The notes under the pieces: model-generated
What the model was told of the DNA's origin: nothing
Database searches by the model: none
Seen by the model: only the letters and a program-made list of their open reading frames with translations
Source of the DNA: a virus
Taxonomy: Duplodnaviria > Heunggongvirae > Uroviricota > Caudoviricetes
DNA length: 15,242 bases
Virus record (IMG/VR): IMGVR_UViG_3300027808_002177
Span: 1-15,242 of that record
Direction: 5' to 3' (one strand)
In this document: piece by piece, positions 6,675 through 12,814 of the stretch
Numbering within the stretch: the stretch's first letter is position 1
Layout of the letters: every line of letters starts with the position of its first letter
Program-made: the position numbers and the translations under genes

Positions 6675-7666
6675 GCTCTGCCCCTGTACTCTGCAGAGTT
6701 ATACCAAGTCCATGCAGTCTTTACAATGTTGTCAATACTACTATTAGCAGGAGTCCATCCCATGGTCTTCTTTGCTTTATCAGCGTAAGCAACCAACGTA
6801 GCAGGATCTCCTGCTCGCATTGGACCCTTATGTACCAGCACCGTGCGACCAGTAATACGCTCAACTGAATTGATAACTTCGGTAATGCTTACTCCCCGGC
6901 CTGAGCCAAGATTCAATTCAACTGACGTACCTTTTTCAACTGCTTCACCCCACTTGGTAGCAAGGAAATGTGCTTCGGCAATATCTTCAACATGCAAGTA
7001 GTCGCGCACACACGTACCGTCGGCTGTTGGGTAGTCAGTTCCGTTAAGAGTAAACACGCCCTTGTTAACAATAGTTTCCATAATGCGAGCAATCACATGG
7101 GTGGCTGCCTTTAATTGTCCGTGTCTAACTTTACTATCTGCACCACATGCATTAAAGTAACGCAGAGCCACAGTTTTAAATCCATATCCCTTTGCACAAT
7201 CACGAAGCACCTGTTCAGCCATTAACTTACTATGACCATACGGACTAATAGGAAGTGTTGGACTATACTCGGTAAGTGTATTAACAGTGGGCTCGCCATA
7301 CACTGCGGCACTGGATGAAAACACCACAGTCTTACGCCAGCCACGTTCAGCCAGCGTGGCCAATAGCTTGGCAGTGGCACCGACATTGTTGGCGTAGTAT
7401 GGTCCAGGATCTAGTAGACTTGGACCCACTAAACTTGTTCCAGCAATATGTATAAGTGCTACTGGATTTTTGTCAATAAAAGAATTGATGAACATTGCGT
7501 TATTAAAGTCTCCTTTAATAACTTGATCCAGTTGCTCTGTAATCCAGGGAGCGGTGGCATTACGATCTACTCCAAGGATTTTGTATCCAAGATCTTTAAA
7601 CCGTAATGCCGTTTGGCCACCAATGTAACCATTGCAACCTGTAATGGCAACCCATTTATCTGTCAT
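6671..7666 (-). CDS. galE: UDP-glucose 4-epimerase (extended SDR)
   Basis: TGCNGYIG, FSSSAAVYG, YGHSK (YxxxK), LRYFNACGA, DGTCVRDYLHVEDIAEAH, NLGSGRG and RAGDPATLVA. Confidence 0.93.
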   Translation of the reverse strand: MTDKWVAITGCNGYIGGQTALRFKDLGYKILGVDRNATAPWITEQLDQVIKGDFNNAMFINSFIDKNPVALIHIAGTSLVGPSLLDPGPYYANNVGATAKLLATLAERGWRKTVVFSSSAAVYGEPTVNTLTEYSPTLPISPYGHSKLMAEQVLRDCAKGYGFKTVALRYFNACGADSKVRHGQLKAATHVIARIMETIVNKGVFTLNGTDYPTADGTCVRDYLHVEDIAEAHFLATKWGEAVEKGTSVELNLGSGRGVSITEVINSVERITGRTVLVHKGPMRAGDPATLVAYADKAKKTMGWTPANSSIDNIVKTAWTWYNSAEYRGRA

Positions 7667-8847
7667 TTGTACTTTGCTCCTGCAACATGATCGCGATAGC
7701 GATTACCTGCACGATTCCACTGTTCACCAGTATCTTCCATAATGTCAATAATGCGATCAATGGTACCATTGTTCCAATCACTGATCTTGCCCATGTTAGG
7801 ACTTGGTTGATGCAACAGCACATCAAGTTTTGCCAACGCATCGTCCATGCTCCATGGAATGTACATACGAGTATGGTCATTTGCAAAGGTCTCGGGGAAA
7901 CTACGATAAGCAGGATACAGTACGTTACAGCCAAGTGCGTCAGCTTCTGACACTGTATTGCTTACCCAGTCTTGTAGCGCACAGTTAAACAACACACGGC
8001 TATCATTTACAATAGCATAGTACTGATTCTTGTTCAAGTCCTTGCGGATCTTTAACTTGCCTTCTGCTTCCAACTGGTATGCACGATCCAAGTATTTGGA
8101 ATTGTTACTGCGCAACGGGCCACCACTTAGTACTGCAAACTCTACACCACTATCAGGATTGCGTCTATGGTATTCTTCAATCAAGTCCATAAAGAAGTCT
8201 GGTTGCTTCTCTTGATCAAAACGTGCGGCAAACACTACACGCTTTGCTCTTTGATCAAATCTACGAATCTCAGCGGGCCCACCAACTCGCTCAATGACTT
8301 CATCTTTGCCAAATGCAAGTCCACTGATATTATAGATAGGTGCTTCATAACCTGCAATACGCATGTGAGCAACCATTTCTTCATTGGTAGCCAATACAGT
8401 AGCAAATTCATTTACCATCTTTTCATACAAGCCCATCCACTTGCCCATACCCCATACATGAACAAAGTCATCAGGGTCGATAGCCTGTGCAAGGCAACGC
8501 ACAAATACACGCGGGCGCTGTTCTGCAGGAATCTGATCCATAATGTATGGAAGCGATTCAATGCCCGGCTGGAACATGTCTTCAAAGTACACAACGTCTT
8601 GGCCCGTGACCTCACCGCTACGCATCATTTGTACCAAGTTCATCATTTGACTCATACCAAAGTAGCTTCGACCATGTGCGTCTAACACTTGTCCTACACT
8701 GATTGCTCGAGTATTGTCAATAGTCTGTCCGGGCACCACAACATAGTCGATGCCACGGCGGCGAAAAACACTCTCATTCCATTGCTGGAGTTGAAGTGTG
8801 TATCGGCCTTCATAAGGCTCGAGTCCCATGTAAAATAGTTTTCTCAT
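7663..8847 (-). CDS. GT-B fold glycosyltransferase (GT4-like)
   Basis: 394 aa. VVFAARFDQEKQP matches the donor-binding R..EK segment. QDWVSNTVSEADALGCNVLYP is a D-x7-E variant of the E-x7-E motif. AAGGA RBS upstream. Confidence 0.85.
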   Translation of the reverse strand: MRKLFYMGLEPYEGRYTLQLQQWNESVFRRRGIDYVVVPGQTIDNTRAISVGQVLDAHGRSYFGMSQMMNLVQMMRSGEVTGQDVVYFEDMFQPGIESLPYIMDQIPAEQRPRVFVRCLAQAIDPDDFVHVWGMGKWMGLYEKMVNEFATVLATNEEMVAHMRIAGYEAPIYNISGLAFGKDEVIERVGGPAEIRRFDQRAKRVVFAARFDQEKQPDFFMDLIEEYHRRNPDSGVEFAVLSGGPLRSNNSKYLDRAYQLEAEGKLKIRKDLNKNQYYAIVNDSRVLFNCALQDWVSNTVSEADALGCNVLYPAYRSFPETFANDHTRMYIPWSMDDALAKLDVLLHQPSPNMGKISDWNNGTIDRIIDIMEDTGEQWNRAGNRYRDHVAGAKYK

Positions 8848-8866
8848 TTATAATCCTTTATTAGAT

Positions 8867-8895
8867 ATTATAGCAAAGTACAAATGAAAAAGCAA
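8867..8895 (-). promoter_or_regulatory. Sigma70-like promoter for the glycosyltransferase/galE unit
   Basis: Minus strand TTGCTT (8895-8890), a 17-nt spacer ending in TGn, and TATAAT (8872-8867). Confidence 0.75.
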
Positions 8896-8916
8896 CGGCT
8901 TTTACACCGTTGCTTT
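8882..8916 (-). terminator. Rho-independent terminator ending the clamp-dpdA unit
   Basis: Minus strand AAAGCAACGG-TGTAAAAG-CCGTTGCTTT forms a perfect 10-bp stem and reads into TTTTTCATTT. It starts 11 nt after the stop at 8928. Confidence 0.85.
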
Positions 8917-8927
8917 GCCATTATGTA

Positions 8928-9401
8928 TTACAGGCGATTAGGCATGCAACATAAACCGTCTGCTTGATGAACCGTTTCCAGGTTCCATGCACTCTTGTAA
9001 AGACCAACGTGGATCTTTAGAGCCTTCATAGCCCGCTCGCGGCCGCTTTGGATATTGACCGTGTAGGTAAAACTACGGTCACCGCTTGCTTCGTGTGTAC
9101 GAAGCTCTGGATCATCAATTGAATATGAGAAAATCATATCCGCTTTGCACAAATCAGTAAGGTACTGATTATAAAACTCTAGGGGCAATCGCCCAGAGTC
9201 CGCAGTTAGCACACCATCATACAACTCGCTGATCTTTAACAGATCAAACTTGATGTGGTTGATGTTTAGACCAGCACGTCGAGGTTGGTACTGGGCATTG
9301 TTGTTGTAGCCACGTTGTTCACGTGGGGCTCGGTTGTCGCGATTGCCGCGATCATTATTGAACTTAACGTGATTGTTAAGCGTATTGCTTGAGGCATCCA
9401 T
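8928..9401 (-). CDS. Hypothetical protein with an R/N/G-rich N-terminus
   Basis: The likely start is ATG at 9401 (GGAGG 9 nt upstream). The ORF-track start at 9476 lies deep in the upstream gene. The ORF is followed by a terminator. Confidence 0.7.
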   Translation of the reverse strand: MDASSNTLNNHVKFNNDRGNRDNRAPREQRGYNNNAQYQPRRAGLNINHIKFDLLKISELYDGVLTADSGRLPLEFYNQYLTDLCKADMIFSYSIDDPELRTHEASGDRSFTYTVNIQSGRERAMKALKIHVGLYKSAWNLETVHQADGLCCMPNRL

Positions 9402-9747
9402 TCTCGCCATCCTCCGAAACTTCAATCCAAATTTTACGATCTGTATACTTTGATGAGATCTGACCATGTAGGTCATCTGCCATCATTTCACAGGACTTGT
9501 AATCCAATGCCAACGTTCCTTGGTTATATAAATTCTCCAACCAACGCTTGAACTGAATAAACTCAACATCCCGATCATCATGAAACACTTCGAGATACAC
9601 TTTAAAGTGGAACATGTGTCGATGAGGATGCCCTAAAAAAGAAACATCATACTCGTCACCTGTTGCCAACTTAGGATCCGTAAGTGCCGCCGGATACCTA
9701 TGAACACCTTCCTTGCGAAAGGTAACCCAAATCATGTCTTGTGACAT
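9376..9747 (-). CDS. QueD/PTPS-like T-fold protein with an LxxxHRHxF motif (DpdL-like, predicted deazaguanine-pathway enzyme)
   Basis: EGVHRYP (His), LGHPHRHMF in place of the QueD CxxxHGH, EFIQFKRWL, SCEMMA (T-fold Glu) and EVSEDGEN. Start at 9747 is chosen from AAGGA spacing; 9753 is the alternative. Confidence 0.75.
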   Translation of the reverse strand: MSQDMIWVTFRKEGVHRYPAALTDPKLATGDEYDVSFLGHPHRHMFHFKVYLEVFHDDRDVEFIQFKRWLENLYNQGTLALDYKSCEMMADDLHGQISSKYTDRKIWIEVSEDGENGCLKQYA

Positions 9748-9756
9748 AACCATTCC

Positions 9757-9954
9757 TTAGTCAATGTAGTTGTTTGCTTTTAAGTAAACCCACATCTTCC
9801 AATCAATTGCTTGCATAAACTTTAACACTTCATCAAGTTTTGCTACAACTTCATCATTGGTTGCTGGAACTGCTTCGGGTTCTGATCTGACACCTGGGAC
9901 TGGTTTCTTTGTTGGCTTATTAAAACTTCCAACTTTAACTTCTTCTTCGCTCAT
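9757..9954 (-). CDS. Hypothetical protein (65 aa)
   Basis: ATGA overlap upstream with an AAGGA RBS. It has a P/K/E-rich N-terminus and one amphipathic helix (KLDEVLKFMQAIDWKMWVYL). Confidence 0.7.
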   Translation of the reverse strand: MSEEEVKVGSFNKPTKKPVPGVRSEPEAVPATNDEVVAKLDEVLKFMQAIDWKMWVYLKANNYID

Positions 9955-10481
9955 TCTGTTTCCTTTGTTACAGGGTTATCGCCTACGTAGGCATGCCAAG
10001 GTGTAAACGCTTCTCTATTCATTAAGTTATGTAAAGAAAGGCACCATACACCAGGGTTCGTCGCATTAAAATCCTTGTCGTCGATTTTAATCGTTGTATT
10101 GTAGTTAAGCAACTTTGTATAGGGTAGTTTGACCGAAATCATTGGAATCACACGATTGTCTTCACTGGCCAGGCTTTCTAAAAAGCCTTCAACTTGGCCC
10201 GCAGTAAAGTCCACAGTGACATAGTCAACCTTACCAGACTCTAGCACACCTTCAATCATTCGGTCCCATTCTCTCCATCCATCGTGATCATCATTTGCCA
10301 AATTGTGTAAGCTCATATTAGCACCAATATAAACGTGCTGTGCATTAGAGTGTAACACATTTGCAATGATGATGTCAACCGGTTGAATGCCAACTACAAA
10401 CAAGGTCCGCATGCCTTTGGCAGGTGAGTTTTCGACTTCTACTCCGGTAAAGAAATCTGGAGCAACACGTTCAATTGTCAT
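9951..10481 (-). CDS. Hypothetical alpha/beta protein (176 aa) directly downstream of the transglycosylase
   Basis: ATG at 10481 has AAGGAG 9 nt upstream; the ORF-track TTG at 10487 is too close to the RBS. It shows an alternating strand/helix pattern. No family recognised. Confidence 0.8.
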   Translation of the reverse strand: MTIERVAPDFFTGVEVENSPAKGMRTLFVVGIQPVDIIIANVLHSNAQHVYIGANMSLHNLANDDHDGWREWDRMIEGVLESGKVDYVTVDFTAGQVEGFLESLASEDNRVIPMISVKLPYTKLLNYNTTIKIDDKDFNATNPGVWCLSLHNLMNREAFTPWHAYVGDNPVTKETE

Positions 10482-12039
10482 TGTCAAGGTCTCCTTCGAG
10501 GTCCATTAGTTTTTCATTGTCTAAACTTGCCATATCGTCATCGTCTGGTACTTCTTCTGCGGTATCAAAGATGTCGTTGCTCTTTGCTTTACGGGCTGCT
10601 TCAACTCCACCAAAGCTAATTGAGTTCAAAAACGTTGTATTATCAGAAATCATCTGACGCTTGTCTGCCATAGATGTAGCTGGATCAAACAATACTTCAA
10701 CAAAGTTGTTAAAGTACAAGATGTCGTTTGGAATAAACTCACTTAGGTTAGGAGCCTTCTTACCATAACCAACTGCATCCCGATAATCTACGCCAGGATT
10801 ACGTGCATATTCAATATCAGCAAGCCGCAAAGTTTCTTGCACGGCCTGAATATGGTTGTAAACATTATGCGCCATAATAAACAAGTAAGACAAAGTGTCC
10901 CAACTTGTTTTACCAACTTTACCATTCTTATTTGGGTCGTTTGGACCAAGGTAGCAAATGTCACCTGCAACCAATCGTTCCATGATAGGACCTTGATGCG
11001 GCATTTCCAACTGCGAACCCTTCATACCTTTATTATCAACACTCTTACTCATGGAGTAAGTTAGCTTGTTAGGAGTAAAGTAATTGTAATTGTAACTCAA
11101 TGCATAACCACCTGCTGCCACGAATGGACTTGCAGCATCAAAGCTAATATTGATGTTGGGGTTATAATGCTTTTGTAATTGACGCTTGATACTTGTCAAG
11201 TAGCAGGCCCACTTTAGTCGACCAATACCCAAGAAGTGAATCCAATCCTTGTCAGCAATTAAATCATCTTCAATCAAGTCCAGCATACGATTTAACACCG
11301 ACGGCATGTGCTTCATGTTGATACCAGCAAATGCCCAGCCTTCAAGTGTGCGGTCTTTAGTATAGCCCATTTCCTCAACAGATTCTGGCTTACTAAAGTG
11401 TTTGATAGTGTCGTACCACAGTTTAGAGTTATCTGGAGTACTACCAGAGCACACATTTAAAAACTTGGTAGCACCGGGAACACGATGCTTCATAAAGTAA
11501 TGAAGATTGTGTACTGAGATATCCAATGTATCTTCAAACTTGGTAAGCCCAGTTCTTGCACTATATGGTGCCACCGCAGCAAACGCAGGCACGTCCAGTG
11601 TCATTGACCAATCAGATGTGTGTTCGAGGTAGCGTAGAATTTCTTCACGGAATTTATCACCGGCTGTACCTTTAATGTTAGCCCAATCCATCTTGATAAC
11701 ACCAGTTGCCAACTGGAATCCAGAACTGTCACCAACAATAATTGTTTTGCTACGATCACGTTTGTGAATCATAGGCTCTTTGTCATCACAGCGTGTCAAG
11801 TTGCGGTCAGCATGTCCTGCTGAGTACAATGCTACGCCATAATGGTAGTAGGAGTTTTCGGGATCTAAAAAGTTTGTGCCAGCCATACCTTTTTCAAACT
11901 TTGCTGGCACACGACCAGGTGGCAAGAAGTTTGGGTCAGCAGCAATTTTACCCAGCGTCTTAGTGTAAAATCCACTAATGGCTGGCAAGTAGAAGGCATA
12001 GTTGCCTTCCATTGCTCTTTTAGTTAAGTCGATTGTCAT
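10471..12039 (-). CDS. dpdA: TGT-fold guanine transglycosylase, probably DNA-acting (DpdA-like)
   Basis: TGT catalytic/barrel motifs occur in the right order: GDSSGFQ (cf. DSGGFQ), MTLDVP, GWAFAG, IHFLGIG, FDAASP (nucleophile Asp) and AHNVY. The CxCxxC zinc cluster is missing. Context includes folE and a T-fold protein. DNA versus tRNA substrate is inferred from context. Confidence 0.75.
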   Translation of the reverse strand: MTIDLTKRAMEGNYAFYLPAISGFYTKTLGKIAADPNFLPPGRVPAKFEKGMAGTNFLDPENSYYHYGVALYSAGHADRNLTRCDDKEPMIHKRDRSKTIIVGDSSGFQLATGVIKMDWANIKGTAGDKFREEILRYLEHTSDWSMTLDVPAFAAVAPYSARTGLTKFEDTLDISVHNLHYFMKHRVPGATKFLNVCSGSTPDNSKLWYDTIKHFSKPESVEEMGYTKDRTLEGWAFAGINMKHMPSVLNRMLDLIEDDLIADKDWIHFLGIGRLKWACYLTSIKRQLQKHYNPNINISFDAASPFVAAGGYALSYNYNYFTPNKLTYSMSKSVDNKGMKGSQLEMPHQGPIMERLVAGDICYLGPNDPNKNGKVGKTSWDTLSYLFIMAHNVYNHIQAVQETLRLADIEYARNPGVDYRDAVGYGKKAPNLSEFIPNDILYFNNFVEVLFDPATSMADKRQMISDNTTFLNSISFGGVEAARKAKSNDIFDTAEEVPDDDDMASLDNEKLMDLEGDLDNDN

Positions 12040-12755
12040 TGCTGTGCAATTACTAGATATTCGTATGCAATAACGCCAGAATCAAATTCGATCTTGGCAA
12101 CTTTTTCTGAGATACTGATAATCGGAGTACCTTGGCTTGCTGTCTTTAGTGCAAGCAATAAACTTTGGATTGGCAAGGTCACTGGCCGCTTCAATGTCTG
12201 TGTTGTGTCTGCAAACACAAACTTACCCGAGTGACCACCACCTGCTGAACCACCAAAGGTAAAGATCAACTTGCCGTTATCTGTAGTGGCAACCAAGTTA
12301 GGATCAATAGCCGCATACAAACCTGCACGTTGACTTAGTTCGCTAATCTTGTTTGCAGCTGGCTTAACAACCACATCCCATGTAGTACCTTTGAAACTAC
12401 GTGTCTTTGTTTTCATCAAGTTAGTAGGAGTCAAACGATACTCGTCTTTGTTTCCATCAACGCCGCTAAATGCCAAACGATCAATTTCGCTTTTGGCATT
12501 TGTACCTGTTGCTACTTTACTATCTTCTGAACGATACAAGCCACTAAGACCCACCAAGAAGCCCAAGTTAAGCATACCAAACGCATCCGGAAATTCATTT
12601 ACTTTATCTTTGCTGGTGGCAAGAACAGTAATAGTAGAGTCTTCGGGATACGCTGTAAACTTAGTAGTGTCAGTGTCTTGTTCAACTAGGATCTCGTCAA
12701 AGGTTCCTAGACTTGCGATGTTTTTTGCTACATCAAGCACGATATCTTTTAGCAT
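12036..12755 (-). CDS. DNA polymerase sliding clamp (T4 gp45-like)
   Basis: 239 aa, beta-rich with two-domain length. FGMLNLGFLVGLSGL resembles gp45 VAIYDLNGFLGILSL. It is directly downstream of polB and has a GGAGA RBS. Confidence 0.7.
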   Translation of the reverse strand: MLKDIVLDVAKNIASLGTFDEILVEQDTDTTKFTAYPEDSTITVLATSKDKVNEFPDAFGMLNLGFLVGLSGLYRSEDSKVATGTNAKSEIDRLAFSGVDGNKDEYRLTPTNLMKTKTRSFKGTTWDVVVKPAANKISELSQRAGLYAAIDPNLVATTDNGKLIFTFGGSAGGGHSGKFVFADTTQTLKRPVTLPIQSLLLALKTASQGTPIISISEKVAKIEFDSGVIAYEYLVIAQQ

Positions 12756-12780
12756 TGCTATATTCTCCAGTTATGTTACA

Positions 12781-12809
12781 ATTATAGTTTAAAAAGTTTT
12801 GAAAGTCAA
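12781..12809 (-). promoter_or_regulatory. Near-consensus sigma70 promoter for the clamp-dpdA unit
   Basis: Minus strand TTGACT (12809-12804), a 17-nt spacer, and TATAAT (12786-12781), in the polB-clamp intergenic gap. Confidence 0.85.
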
Positions 12810-12814
12810 GTGAT

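Noticed and set aside
9376-9747. Calling the T-fold protein canonical QueD
   Set aside because: The CxxxHGH catalytic motif is replaced by LxxxHRH.
9951-10481. Calling the 176-aa protein a radical-SAM QueE
   Set aside because: It has no CxxxCxxC or equivalent cluster motif, and only one cysteine.
1629-12039. Recurrent ATGACA at many gene starts (MT..) as a regulatory repeat
   Set aside because: It is largely explained by ATGA stop/start overlaps forcing an A-starting second codon and by AT-rich start-codon context.
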